Shown here: piece after piece, positions 26,718 through 40,556 of the stretch
Position numbering within the stretch: the stretch's first letter is position 1
How the letters are laid out: each line of letters opens with the position of its first letter
Origin: Octopus vulgaris
Taxonomy: Eukaryota
Length of the DNA: 64,000 bases
Reading direction: 5' to 3'
Assembly: GCA_951406725.2 (NCBI GenBank)
Contig: OX597815.1
Coordinates: forward strand, 107,818,001 to 107,882,000
Translations under genes and position numbers: made by a program
The notes under the pieces: model-generated
What the model saw: the letters and a program-made list of their open reading frames with translations, nothing else
What the model was told of the DNA's origin: nothing
Database searches by the model: none

Positions 26718-27050
26718 TCATCATCATCATTAACGTCTGTTTTCCATGTTGGCATGGGTTGGACAGTTTGACAGGAGGTGGCCAGCTGGTGAGCTGCACC
26801 AAGCCCCAATTGTCTGTTTTGGCATGGTTTCTATGGTTAGATGCCCTTCCTAGAGCCAACCAGAGTGTACAGGATGCTTTCTATGTGGCACCACCACAGG
26901 TACTTTATACCTGATGCTGGCATGAGTGCTGTGTACATTGCACTAGCTTAGGTGCATTTTACACAGTACAAGCATGAGTGCTTTGTATGTGGCACCAGCA
27001 CAGGTGCTTTATATGTGGTATTGGTAGTGTTACTTTTTACTTGGTACTGG
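26718..27050 (-). mobile_element. RTE 3' UTR/tail copy
   Basis: Same tail and degenerate UTR units. Confidence 0.75.
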
Positions 27051-27787
27051 CAGAGAGAGGTGTCCTTTATTAATATACTTAGCTTTTTACAGTCTTGTAA
27101 AGTAGCTGATTTTGTAAATTGTGGTGATAGTTTGCATTAGCAAACAACAATTACAAAGAGGTATAAGTTAGTAGTAAAGATTGTTTGCCAACATAACATG
27201 GCAGTCCTGGTTTAGGACTAATGTTGCTGTAATTTAGCCCCAGCTGGCTATATGACACGGTCTTTGTCCTTATATTTTAGAACAAGGGAATCTAGCACCC
27301 CCACTCAGCTCAAAACAATATCTGTGTATCGCGATTTCTGGATTATTTCTCTTCATCAGCACAGAATAATTGCTCAGTTAGAGGTGATGCTGCCAAATTC
27401 CTGTTTGAAATATAGAATTTTCAAAGTGACAACTAGTCACTGGTTTATAAATTAGAAAATTACTATTTAAAAAAAATATAAGGACACAGATTGTGTTGTA
27501 TAGCCAGCTGGAGACGATGTCTCCTAGGGCTAAATTATAGCCCTTGTATAGGTACAAGTGAGTTTCTCATGAAAGAAAAAGAATTGCATGAAACATTGAA
27601 CCACTCTGTGTGCCATTGTTATATGAGTAGAATTGGTAGACAGAAACTATGTGGAAGTCTGTTGTATATATACAGATACGCATATAAATACATACACATA
27701 CATACAAGTATAGATACACATGCATGTGTGCACATACAAATACATGCATATATTGTATATCTTCATATATATATATATATATATATA

Positions 27788-27847
<60 letters not shown>

Positions 27848-27848
<1 letters not shown>

Positions 27849-28240
27849 CTTTTATTCTTTTACCTGTTTCAGTCATTTGACTGTGGCCATGCTGGAGCAC
27901 AGCCTTTAGTCAAACAATTCGACCCCAAGATTTATTCTCTGTAAGCCTAGTACTTAGTCTATCAGTCTCTTTTGCTGATCCACTAAGCTATAGGGATATT
28001 AACACACCAACATGAGTTGTCACGTGGGGGACAAACACAGAAAGACAAATACACACACACACACACACACATGTATGATGAGCCTCTTTCAGCTTCCATC
28101 TACCAAATCCACTCACAAGGCTTTGGTCAGCCCAAAGCTATAGTAGGAGACACTTGCCCAAGGTACCACGCAGTGGGACTGAACCCGGAACCATGTGATT
28201 AGGAAACAAGCTTCTTACCACACAGCCATGCATGTGCTTG
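27848..28240 (-). mobile_element. SINE family A
   Basis: Reverse-complement match along its full length. Confidence 0.85.
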
Positions 28241-28511
28241 TGTATATCATCATTTAATATCCATTTCCCATGCTGGCATGAAGGGAACTAACAAGGACTG
28301 GGCTGCACCAGTTTTCATAGTCTATTTTGTCTTGGTTTCTACAGCGGGATGCTCTTCGTAATGCCAACCATTTTACAGAGTGTACTGGGTACTTTTTACA
28401 TGGTACTAGCACTGATACCAATGCTTTTTACATTGCATTTTGGTTTTAGGATATCAATTCTTTTGTTGTGGGAGGGTTTTCTGAGTACAGCAATATACTA
28501 CATCTCGGTCC

Positions 28512-28516
<5 letters not shown>

Positions 28517-28556
<40 letters not shown>

Positions 28557-28598
28557 TGATAATAATAATAATAATGATAATAATAATAAAAATAAAAA

Positions 28599-28639
<41 letters not shown>

Positions 28640-28747
28640 GTAATAATAATGATAATGATGATGATGACGATGATGATTATGATGATGATAATGATAATAA
28701 TGATAATGATAATGATAATAATCATAATCATAATAATGATAATAATG
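28517..28747. repeat. (AAT)n/(GAT)n tract, target of the Dong-type insertion
   Basis: Directly visible. Confidence 0.95.
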
Positions 28748-30190
28748 CTACTATGAAGGAAAAAAATAAGAAAGGAGTATTACAGGGGACTAAGACTTGT
28801 ACTAAAAACTGAACTCAACTCCAAAAATTGCATTGAAGCCATTAACACTCTGGTACTTCCAGTAGTCCAGTACAGTTTTAACATCATTAACTGGAATCTT
28901 ATAGAGCTCCAGCACCTGGACAGGAAAACAAGAAAAATACTAACTTCTAAGAACATGCATCACCCAAAAGCAGAAGCTGATCTTTCGAACCTGCCTAGAA
29001 GTAATGGGGGAAGAGGAATGATGCAGGTAGAACTGTGTTATAAGACTTCCACAATAGCAATGAACAGGTACGTATCTAGTACAGAGCACTGGATGTTGTG
29101 TGCAAACATGAAAGCAGCAAAAAATCACATTCTATTGTTAAGGAAACTTGCAAATTTACAAGGGAACTTGGCATTAACCCTGATTTAGATGAAGAACCTG
29201 AAACCACTGCCACCAAACAAACAAACAAAACATATCAAGCTGACTGCAAAAAAGGAATAGGCAGAAACAAATTGAAGAGTGGTGGAGCCAGTAGCTTCTG
29301 CATGGACAGTATATACTTCAAAGTCAAAATACTGATGTAGACCAAGCAACAACCCATCAGTGGTTGAGAAGTTCAGGACTGAAAGAAGAGACTGGAAGTT
29401 TCATGTTGGCAGCACAAGATCAAAGCTTGCTTTCCAGAAACTACCAGGCTAACATTCTTCAAAACAGTTCTAACCCTAATACAGATTCTGCAACACATTT
29501 GATAAAACAATAGACCATCTCGTCTCGAGATGTCCTGTGCTGACACCAAACGAATACAAAAATCGTCATGATAGGGTAGGACAGTATTTACATTGGCAAA
29601 TATGTAAACACTACAAAATCAGCACTCCTGTTTAGTGGTATGAACATCATCTTGAGCCAGTTGTTGATGATAAAAATGTCACTATCCTCTGGAATTTTCC
29701 AGTCAACACTGACAGAAGGATCCAGGCTAATCGACCAGACATAGTCATTAAAGACAGGGAAGAAAATACTTGTAGACTAATAAATGTAAGTGTTCCCACA
29801 AATAAAAATATATCTGTAAAGGAATTTGACAAATTAATTAAATATAAAGACCTGCAAATTGAAATACAAAAAATGCGGCATCTTAAAGTGAGAACGGTTA
29901 CTCTTATTGTAGGTACCCTAGGTATGATAAAAAAAGGGATGTCAGAAACATCGAGATAACATCCCAGGAGAACCATGTCTCCAAGAAATCCAAAAGATTG
30001 TGCTGACAAGAAAAACCCTATCAATTTAAATGTCTGTGTTGTATTACATGAAGATATTTCGTTACTGTCCCTGACACTTCACCTCCCCAGGCTTTCAGTT
30101 ATACTGTAACAATCTCTTTTCCTTCACTCACCCTAGGATGCTGGGTGTGTCTCAAGAAGTGATTATAAAAAACATGCAGATTAAATGTAA
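28748..30190 (+). mobile_element. R4/Dong-clade non-LTR retrotransposon, 5'-truncated and frameshifted
   Basis: RT thumb (KEYY..LVLKTELNSKN.IEAINT..HHPKA..LPRSNGGRG), LAAQDQSL.RNY, decayed CCHC (RFC..TIDHLVSRCPVL..YKNRHD) and endonuclease (NRPDIVIKD..VSVP..KEFDKLIKYKDL). Flanked by (AAT)n on both sides. Confidence 0.9.
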
Positions 30191-30247
30191 ATAATAATAA
30201 TAATAATAATGATAATAATGATAATGATAATAATATCATTATTAATA

Positions 30248-30801
30248 AATGCCCTGATGCAGTACAAAAGAGTGGCTCTCATGGCTTCTGATCTTAACTG
30301 ATTGGAAGTTTTATCATGTATATTGTTCTGTCTTGGTATAAAAGATGGGCTACAGCAAATATTCTGCTCAATACCACAGATTTGCTTGTCAGTTGTTTGA
30401 CCGTAACCAGTTGAGTATGTCCCTTAGTGGCTGATGATATGTGTATCTCTGATCATGAGCAGAAGTAGTGGGGGATCATCATAGCCATGTGTTGAGAGGG
30501 ATTCTTTGGGGTTTGAATAATTCACCTCTGGAAACATGGGTGTTTCGTTCAACATCCTTATACAATCCTTATACAGGGACCTTTTGAGCTGGATGGGTTA
30601 CTCGACCAGAAGAAAATTCTAAGTGGGCCCCACCTGCAAGGTTATGTGCTGTTTATCTTGATATGAGATCACCATGTTGCAGAAATATGGTTGTGATGCA
30701 GATGCCTAGTGTACCCTTATCAGACGGGTAGTCATGATGGGTATACTGGGCGTCATTTGTACCCCAGTGTCACTTTGATGGCATGCACTGCTCTCTCACT
30801 C
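30248..30801 (+). mobile_element. Non-coding ~550-bp element inside (AAT)n (probable Dong-mobilised element or 3' UTR)
   Basis: GC-richer block between two AAT tracts, ending gcactgctctctcactc-(AAT)n; no ORF. Confidence 0.5.
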
Positions 30802-30937
<136 letters not shown>

Positions 30938-30950
30938 TTGTTTATCATAA

Positions 30951-30952
30951 TC

Positions 30953-30983
<31 letters not shown>

Positions 30984-32319
30984 CAAGATATGTGTGTGTG
31001 TACGTGATTGTAGTTTATGCACATCCACAAATTAGCATGCATGTTGCTCAAATTTTAGGAGGACATTCGTCAACATCCTATCTGGGTTTTGTCAACTTAT
31101 TTTTTTCCCAAGGCACCCACGGATAGTGGTAAAAATCTATTTTTAGCCATAGCTTTTAATGGTAAAAATCTATTTTTAGCCTTAGCTTTTTGACGGCGTC
31201 TAACAAAAAGAAACAAGATAAAGAAAATTTGAAGAGAGGCAGAGAGTTTCCCAGTGTCTAAACAAAAAAAGGGAAAGACAAAGTGAGTGAGAGAGAGAGT
31301 AAGTGACGACGTTCATAAAAAATAAAATGTATAATGTTTTGTTTTTTCTTAAACATGAGATATAGTGTTCAAATTCAGGATATTTTTGAAAGAAACTATA
31401 TTTTATAATCATAGTATATATACTTTAGCCATAGCTTTTAATGGTAAAAATCTATTTTTAGCAGTAGCTTTTTGACGGCGTCTAACAAAAAGAAACAAGA
31501 TAAAGAAAATTTGAAGAGAGGCAGAGAGTTTCCCAGTGTCTAAACAAAAAAAGGGAAAGACAAAGTGAGCGAGAGAGAGAGTAAGTGACGACGTTCATAA
31601 AAAATAAAATGTATAATGTTTTGTTTTTTCTTAAACATGAGATATAGTGTTCAAATTCAGGATGTTTTTGAAAGAAACTATATTTTATAATCATAGTATA
31701 TATACTTTCTCACACAACAATTACAATATATTTATTTAAAATCATTTATTTATTTTAAATCCTTCATCTTTTTCCCCCCTCTCTCTCACACACACATTAC
31801 TTTGGGTATGAAAGAGTTTTGTTGAGAATCCATTTATTTAACAACAAAGAAGCAAAGAGGTGGGTAACAGTTTGTCAGTGAATTACACAATATAAATGGG
31901 TACAATTTGCGAGGCTTCCACCACACTCCACTCTATTTCATGGACCACAAAAAGGGTTTTGTAGCATATTAGGAGGCCAGAGTAGTTGATTCCATGCAAA
32001 AAAAAAAACATTTTTTTTCTTAGTGAAATTCGTGCAAGTGTTAATCTACAAATTTAACAACATTTTTTTCTATTCATTTCTGTTTATGAACATGTATGCA
32101 TGCACAAAACATGCAATAGGTGTACGTACGTACGTGTGTGTTCGTGTCTGTTGCCCATATATTATATTATATTATATTATATATATATATAATATAACCA
32201 ATTTTAACGGATTTCGCCCAGATTTGACGTCGATATTACTTAGTTTGGTTTGAAATAAAGAACTTGATTAGCTTAATAATTGTAACTTAATCCCGGGCAA
32301 GGCGGGGTTATACTGCTAG
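30951..32319 (+). mobile_element. Non-autonomous Helitron
   Basis: 5' A|TCtatata..taagg at 30951. 3' GC-rich hairpin cccgggcaaggcgggg (32292-32307), then CTAG|T at 32316-32320. No TSD; A|T insertion site. Confidence 0.8.
31142..31705. repeat. Two near-identical 282-bp tandem units inside the Helitron
   Basis: Units start at 31142 and 31424 and differ by only a few substitutions. A 33-bp sub-repeat lies at 31127-31190. Confidence 0.95.
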
Positions 32320-32680
32320 TGCACTTTAAAGTACAAGATAGACACTAACAAATGGGTGAAACATCACGTAGGCAAAAAAAAAAAGATCTTAATATGACTA
32401 AACAATGATTAAAAAGTGAATATTCTATGTGTATTCTCTGTTTTCTTTAAACTATTAATTATTTCTCCTATATCAAAAAGAAGTCTCTATAGGAACAACT
32501 GGATTTTCAGAAGTGTAAAGTACTAAGAATGTACCAACCAACCAACCATAAACATTGGTACTGAGGCACACAAACGATAACCAGAATTATCAATCGATAG
32601 AAGCACATAACTGGTGCCCACTTAGATAACATATCCCCATAAACAAAAAATTCTTTTGAAGAAATTTTTGGAAACTGGCC

Positions 32681-32730
<50 letters not shown>

Positions 32731-32745
32731 TAACAAAACAGGAGT

Positions 32746-32992
32746 GATTGCATGTGAGATATTTAGGTATTTAATTATGCTGTCTTACATATGTTTCATT
32801 AACAGAAGGTGATTATTGGTCACATAATGCAAATTACATACCCAACACTTACTCTCAAATTGTCATATAATAGTTTCATGTCTCAAACAATTTGACAGTA
32901 AGTGTTAATTATGTAATTAACATTATGTAACCAATAATCACCTTTTGTTAATAGAATTACATTAGATGGCATATAACTATCTTACAAACAAT
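32746..32992. repeat. Imperfect foldback/MITE-like inverted repeat
   Basis: Core arms attaacagaaggtgattattgg..caaattgt (about 32798-32863) and acaatttg..ccaataatcaccttttgttaat (about 32888-32952); weaker pairing further out. Confidence 0.75.
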
Positions 32993-33112
32993 CTATCATG
33001 TTGAAATTTCAATATCTGCAAAGGATAAAATTGCAATACATGAACTGAAATACATATAGAGTTCTTAATACTGGTTATTTGTGAAGCAGTTTAAGTTATC
33101 TCTAATCATCTG

Positions 33113-33359
33113 AAGAGTTGCTGAAGTATAGAAGAAACTGCCGGCATCAGTTGTTAGTTGTCGGATCACTGCATCCTTCAAAACTTCCATGCTTCCTGAG
33201 ATTCGCCAACACTACACCTGATTTTTTCCCCTTCATACACATGCAAGCATGTATCTGACTCATACACTGTTCACTTTCCAGATATTTTTACATTACTGCA
33301 TATGCTTTATATGCACTTTTGATAAGTTGTGGTGCACCTGAGCACTGTATACAATAATT

Positions 33360-33420
<61 letters not shown>
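33113..33420 (+). mobile_element. CR1-group LINE 3' end with (ATT)n tail
   Basis: Near-identical to the reverse complement of 58502-58810. Confidence 0.85.
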
Positions 33421-33422
<2 letters not shown>

Positions 33423-33459
33423 TCACTCAGTACACTTACCTACACACTCACCTTTTCTC

Positions 33460-34130
33460 CTCTTCATCATCATGCTGGTATGAGTTGGACGGTTTGACTG
33501 GGGTCTGGGAAGCCAGGAGGCTGCACCAGGCCCCAATCTGACCTGGCAAAGTTTCTACAGCTGGATGCCCTTCCTAACGCCAACCACTCTGAGAGTGTAG
33601 TGGGTGCTTTTTACATGCCACCAGCACAAGGGGCCAGAGAAGCTGGCATCGACCACAATCAGATGGCACTTTTTATGTGCCACCGGCATGGAAGCCAGTC
33701 AAGGCGGCACTGGCATCAACCATGTTTGGATGTTGCTTTATACGTGCTACTGGCATGGGGCTCACAACTACAATTTCCATTTGATTTGATTTTGATATTG
33801 CTGATGTTGATGTACTTGACTCAGTATCAGCCATGTTCAGATGGTGCTTTTTACGTGCCACCAGCATGGAAGCCAGTCAAGGTGGCACTGGCATCAGCTA
33901 TGTTTGGATGGTGCTTTTTACGTGCTACCAGCAAGGGGCTCACAACTACAAATTCCATTTGATTTGATTTTGATATTGCTGATATTGACATACTTGACTC
34001 AATAGGCCTCCTCAAGTATGGCATGTCACCCTCCGATCCAAGGTACTTTTGAGTGGGCTCATCATGTGACACTGGTGTAGGTTACAGCTGTGGACTCACT
34101 TTATTTGCTGGGTCTTCTTATTTGCAGCAT
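33460..34130 (-). mobile_element. RTE 3' UTR with expanded unit array
   Basis: Five UTR units, including an internal direct duplication (about 33660-33825 vs 33840-34000). Confidence 0.8.
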
Positions 34131-36850
34131 ACCTCCTCTATTCTGTTTTGTCTCTCATAGTCACCTTTTACTTTAACCTCATCTTTTTCTCTTTTTCTTT
34201 CCATATGGGCATGGCATGTACTGACCCCTTCAGTAAGATACTGTTCCTGTCCCTCTATCTTAGTTTATTATGCCTCATTTCTATACTCAACTTACTGGAG
34301 GATCCCTGTCTTGTGGGTTCTTGGTGACCTCACCAGTGCTGGGGATGTAAAAGGTACCCAGTACATTCTGTGAAGTGGCTGGTGTTAGGAAGGGCAATCA
34401 GGCTATAGAAACCATGCCATTGCAAACAATAGAATTTGGTGCAGCCTTCTGGTTCTTTGGTTCATGCTGAACTGTCAAACCCAGTGGTGGTGGTGGTGGT
34501 GGTGAAGATGATGATGATGAAGAGGAGGAGGAGGAGAAGGATAAGGATGAGGACGGCGATGACGATGATGACAGTGGTGATGATTGCAGTTTGTGAAAAT
34601 TTTTGTTTCTTCAGATTTGTTCACCTAGCTGTAATTAATTGAAGTGGGGTATCATAATTTATTGTGAGTAGTAACCACTCTGTTATACTGATGCGTAATT
34701 CAATGGGTTTATAGGAAAAATTACTGTTCAAGGAAAGATTTGACGCTGATTCAAATCTCATCATTATCATCATCACCAGAATAAATGAGAACTATATATG
34801 AGCACCAAGCAAGCAGATTGTAGAGGTCCACAAAAAGAAATATTAATGAATTAGATCAGGAAATATCAACAGAAAACTAGGTGCTGGATTTAAAGAAAAA
34901 AATTAACACCTTAATCACAAGAAGATGGACAGCTTTCATGACAATTTCCATGATCTTTGAGACTGGTTGGTTGCATTTATCCTGATGTCTTGAGCCTAAT
35001 ACTTGCAACTAGGGCTAGGTGATGGTGATAAACCAGTTGATAGGGTCTATCACCCCTTAAGAGTGACAAATACTTGCAATGAATTATGGTTACTTTTCTA
35101 ATTCTTGCACATGATATGTTAACTCTAATCTATCTGTTGTTTTTTGTGGTTGACATCTCTGACTTATCTATTCCACAAGGATCAATGTTCATTCGGATAC
35201 ATTTATTTAATGATTCTTTTATCACCACTTCAGCAAGTATTATGATATCTATGCTTTGTTGATGAGGTTTTGCTGTTGACCTTTCTGCTTCAACTTGAGG
35301 CAGAGACCTACTATCAGATTTCATCTTGGATTTTTCAGCTAAGAGCCTCAGGTTAATCATGTTACTACTTAAGCCTTGCCAGCTTCTTTAGAGAATGGAA
35401 TGTTTATGTAATTGTTTATCACTAATCAGCTTGTATCAATTAACTCAAAAGAAAAGTCATGTATGTTTCTCAACAAATTATATCTTGAAGGTTCTAAAAT
35501 GACTTTCCCAGGGTTATAAAAGCTGTTGATTTATTCAATTGATCCAATTCAGATTTCATATAAAGCCATGCCATTTTGTTTTGTGAGATGTGCTCTCATT
35601 TCTTTCTACTTGTCTTTATAATAACATAAACTAAAAATATGTTTGACAAAGGTAAATTATCCTTGTGTTTTAATGTCAATATACATACATCCTTCATTCT
35701 TTTTAATTATAGGCTTTAATTTCTGTATTATGTAATGCATAGAATCATGTAACAATAGATTTAACTAGAACATTCTCTTATATCTAACTTAATGTGGATA
35801 TTTTGTTAGAATGCCAAATACTGTGGTTTTCTTCTTGGGAAAACCGCTTATGTAGATGTACGATGCATAAAAGTACATATATATATATTGTTGGCAGATG
35901 AGAATCTGCCAGATCATGTGGTTTCAACATACTGTGTCTCTTCAGTGACAGCTGTCTGCTCATCATGTACCAGAGTATATATTGTCACTGTTAACAATAT
36001 GTGGAATTTCAGTGACTTTTCAGGCCCTCTCAAGATAAGTAGTGCAGTGTTCAGCATTCTAACAAAACATCCATGTTAAGTTGGATATAAGGATTGCCTT
36101 TTAGTATTGATATTGCTTCTGTTGCTAATAATTAATTTTTTTATTTTTCATCTTTGTTATTCATGTTTCATATATTCATCTATCATATCTTTAACTATCA
36201 CTCACTTCCTTACAGAAATGCTCTTCAGTATAATATTAATACACTTAGTACAAATGTACTATATAAACTATTTAACATAATAAATGTATGGAAACTCACA
36301 TTTATTTGTGCATTCTTTCTTGTCTACAAAAACAATCTCTTACCTAATTACCAATAACATAGTCTGAACCAACCCATAGTCTGAAGCACATCTGGAGTTG
36401 TCTTCCATACTTGTTGAAATATATTAAGCAATAGTAGTCATTGACAAATATTGTTTTTTCCTCCACTACATAATTGTTTATAGTTAGCTTTTGATGTGCC
36501 CTGCATTAAATTTGTTAAAACTAACCTAACTGTTGTACATCAATAGCTTTGGTAACGAGGGGAGAAACACTGAAACAAAAAATTAAAAGAGCATCAGTAA
36601 AATTTCAAAGCTTCTAAGGAAAATTAACAAACACCACTCAATAAACAGAGTGACAAAGATAGCACAAGTAAAATGAAAACAAAATATTCATTTGTTAAAA
36701 ATTGAAACACTATAAATATAATGATGGAGTCAAGAACATCAAGTATAAACTACACATCACTATACAAACACATTCACTCACACACACACACACACACATA
36801 CATACATACATACATACATACATACATACATACATACATACATACATACA

Positions 36851-36881
<31 letters not shown>

Positions 36882-37326
36882 GTATGTATGTATGTGTGTG
36901 CGTACGTGTGGGTGTTTATGGGTGTGTGCTAATTATGAACATAAAAGCTTTTCATCTTTATTTATATATTTACGCGAAGCTTTCCTATGAACATCAAGCC
37001 ATTCTTCTGGTGTTTCTGGACATATAGCAATTCCCTGCTGTTAGCTCAGAATTATAAACGTTTACACATTCTATTTGAATTCCTATGATAAATAGCAGCA
37101 TCATAGATAATCACACAATATATCAATGTACTACAATGTACTAATTAATCTGGTAATACTTTCTCTACATCTGTGATAGTGTGGAATAAATGAAGCAACA
37201 CAGCCCCAGTTCAAAGTTAAACTTAGCCAAATGGACACACATATATCTACATATAAATGTGTTTCATTGGCAAAAGATGACTGTTCCCAAGTATGACAAT
37301 ATACATATATATATGTATATATATAC

Positions 37327-37474
<148 letters not shown>

Positions 37475-37475
37475 T

Positions 37476-37512
<37 letters not shown>

Positions 37513-37574
37513 ATATATATATATCTGTCTGTCTGTCTCTCTCTATCTATCTAGCTACATCCTCCTCCTCCTTA

Positions 37575-38700
37575 TCATCATCATCATTCTCAAGCATATA
37601 TTGCCCGATGCATCAGGAGTATTCTTAACGTGCGTGGCTGTGATCTCACTTTAGCTGCTGGGTCTTCTCAATCACAGCGTATCTTCAAAGGTCCTGGTCT
37701 CCCGTCATTGCCTCTGTGAGGCCCAATGTTCGAAGGTCATGCTTCACCAACTCATCCCATATCTTCCTGGGTCAACCTCTTCCATAGGATGCTTTTACAA
37801 TTAGAGAGTGGCACTTCTTCACACAGCTGTCTTCATTCATACTTAACACATAGCCATACCAGTGCAGTCGCCTCTCAGAGCAAACTTCCCCACAACAAAC
37901 TTGGTTGCCTAGATAGCAGAAGCTATTAACTACTTTTAGCTTCTCCTCCTGGCATGTGATAGAATCTGTTTTCTGTACATCTTCAGTATGTATTGCTCCT
38001 GTGCATTTGTCACGCACAAAAACTATTTTCCTAGTTAACTTTCTTTTGATATTGCTACACCTTTTATGTGTCCATAGCTTACAGCGTGTACATCGTATGG
38101 AGTTTCTACCCATGTCTTTTCTGCAGATCGAGCCGAGCCATCTACCTGAATGGGATTGTGGTTTGTCAGCCTTCCTACTTACTAAGACTTTTGTTTTGGT
38201 TATGCTTCCACACCATAAACTTTGTCTCTAGTTCTGGCAGTGATTTGGCTATTAGAGCAAGGTCATCAGCATAGAGGAGCTCCCAGGTGCAGCCTGTCTT
38301 GAATTCCTCTGTTATTGCTTGGAGGACTATAATGAATAAGAGGGGGCTGAGGACTGATCCTTGGTGAACTCTACTTCTACTTGAAATTCTTCACTATACT
38401 CATCGCCAACTCTCATCCCTGTAGAGGGCTTGTACAGTTCTTACCAGCCACTCGTCTATCCCCAGTGTCTGCATTGACCAACAGATAAGGGATTGGGAGA
38501 CTCTGTCAAAAGCTTTCTCCAAGTCAACAAAAGCCAAGTACAAAGGTTTATCTTTGGCTAGGTATTTCTCTTGCAATGCCTTACCAGAAATATAGCATCA
38601 GTGGTGCTTCTGCCTGGCACAAAACCGAACTGTATCTCATCTAGGCTAACTCTCTCTTTAACTAGTTGGGATATGTACCTCTCTGTAACTTTCATCACCT
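37575..38700 (-). mobile_element. RTE LINE fragment including the RT domain
   Basis: Minus strand: FVDLEKAFD, VHQGSVLSPLLF, PWELLYADDLALIA, a Cys-rich insert (ICRKDMGRNSIRCTRCKLWTHKRCS) and RRLHWYGYV..CVKKC. Internal deletions. Confidence 0.92.
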
Positions 38701-39940
38701 ACATATTTTATATATTTTTTATTGAGTATCTGTTAAAAATTTTCCCATATTTATGATTTATTGGAAAATGTTTATCTAAAACAGACAGGAATTACTTGCT
38801 TCCATCAGTCTTAACAAGGGAGCAAGGAGGGGCAAACCAAATTGCTTGCCTAGGTTTATTTTTTGGTCTAATTTTATGATTCATATTTTTACTTAAAGTG
38901 TTGTAATATATTTTATCTTTGAAGCCACTGTCAGGTAGGGCATTGTTATAGTACGGGGCTGCCTTATCAAATATTTGTTTAGAAGATAGATTTGATATCT
39001 TATTACTAATGTTAGCTATCAGATTTTTAAAGAGTATAGCAGGTGTTAGGACTGTTTATACATGTATGAGAACTTCTCGTTTGGCTTATGATATGGCTCA
39101 TAAAAGAGGGAGTTTAAATCTAGGGAAATATCTAAAAAATCAACTTTAGACAGATTAGTAGTAACAGTGATTTTGAAGCCTAATTGACTAAAGGTATGAA
39201 CGAGATGTTTCTTAAATTTACCAAGAGTATGACCATCACAGCCATGAGCTATTTCCAACTCGTTGTCTCTATAGACCAACATTACAGGATGGAAACTTGG
39301 ATCTCAGTGCATTTAATATAATGAAACCCACAGGATCACAGATATCTGCACTGTCTTATCCCATCAATACATCAAGCAACTCATGTGAATCTGATTTTTT
39401 AACCCATGCAAATCTGATTTTTTTCTAACCCTTACTAGATAGAAGAGCTTCTCTCACATGCATGATAAAGTCCAGGTGTATTTGGTCAATACCCACATAC
39501 ATTTTTGCAAACTCAATTGCAATGATCTAGCAATGATCGTGATATTGTGGGATAAAAATCAACAATATCAAATTGAGGGAATCTAGCTCTATGCTTATCT
39601 GTTATATTCCTAAACCAATCTATGACTGTGCTGATATCCCACTGTGGTTAGCTGTCTCTCTAATTCCGATATGAATCTTCCTTAGTATTTTTTTAGTTAC
39701 TAAACCCGTTTCAGTCCTTGTTGGGTTTAAAAGTTTACAAGTAGGCTTTTACTGAAATTGGGTTTGTGATCTTTTAGAGTAATAAAAGTTTCACATTTAG
39801 CTAAGCATTCTAATCTATCACCAAATTTACTTCATTAAACGAGGAATTTAGACTTGCTGTTAATATCACTGTATTTATGTATATCAGTTTTCCTATCTTT
39901 AGCAGATACGGTATCCTATAGCAAATTATCATATAAATCA
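38700..39940 (-). mobile_element. Penelope-like element reverse transcriptase remnant
   Basis: YRDNEL (YRDD-like), FKITVTTNLSKVDFLDISLDL..YEPYHKPN, IFDKAAPYYNNAL..SGF, IWFAPP..LDKHFP..KIFNR, and upstream QFDIVDFYP.I. Abuts (TA)n at 39950. Confidence 0.88.
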
Positions 39941-39945
39941 TTAAC

Positions 39946-40005
<60 letters not shown>

Positions 40006-40124
40006 CACACACACATAATGTGTGTGTATGTTTACATGTGTGCCTGTGTGTCTGTGTGTATCTGTGTATGTATATATGTATGTATGTTTGTATGCATGTA
40101 TGTATATATATACATGTGTATATA

Positions 40125-40506
40125 TTCTTTGATTTGTTTCAGTTATTTGACTGCAGCCATGCTGGACCACCACCTTTTAGTTGAACAAATCAACCCCAGG
40201 ACTTATTCTTTGTAAGCCTAGTACTTATTCTATCGTTCTGCTATGCTGAACTGCTAAGTTATGAAGGATATAAACACACCAAGCAATGGTGGAGGACAAA
40301 CACAGATACACACACACATGCACACACACACACACACACACACAATGGGCTTCTTTTCAGTTTCTGCCTGCCAAATCCACTCACAAAGCTTTGGTCGGGC
40401 TGAAGCAATAGTAGAAGGCACTTGCCCAAGGTGCCATGCAGTGGGACTGAGCCTGGAACCTTGTGGTTGGTAAGCAACCTACTTATCACACAGTTACTCC
40501 TGCACC

Positions 40507-40510
<4 letters not shown>
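40125..40510 (-). mobile_element. SINE family A
   Basis: Reverse-complement match. Confidence 0.85.

Positions 40511-40556
<46 letters not shown>

Noticed and set aside
33600-33960. CRISPR-like appearance of regularly spaced ggtgcttttacgtgccacc repeats (also 42918-43240)
   Set aside because: The spacers are homologous to each other, the array is part of an RTE 3' UTR in eukaryotic DNA, and there are no cas genes.
35780-36080. Possible exon or Gypsy integrase tail (T*SGR) in unique-looking sequence
   Set aside because: Similarity is too weak to call by eye; needs a profile search.
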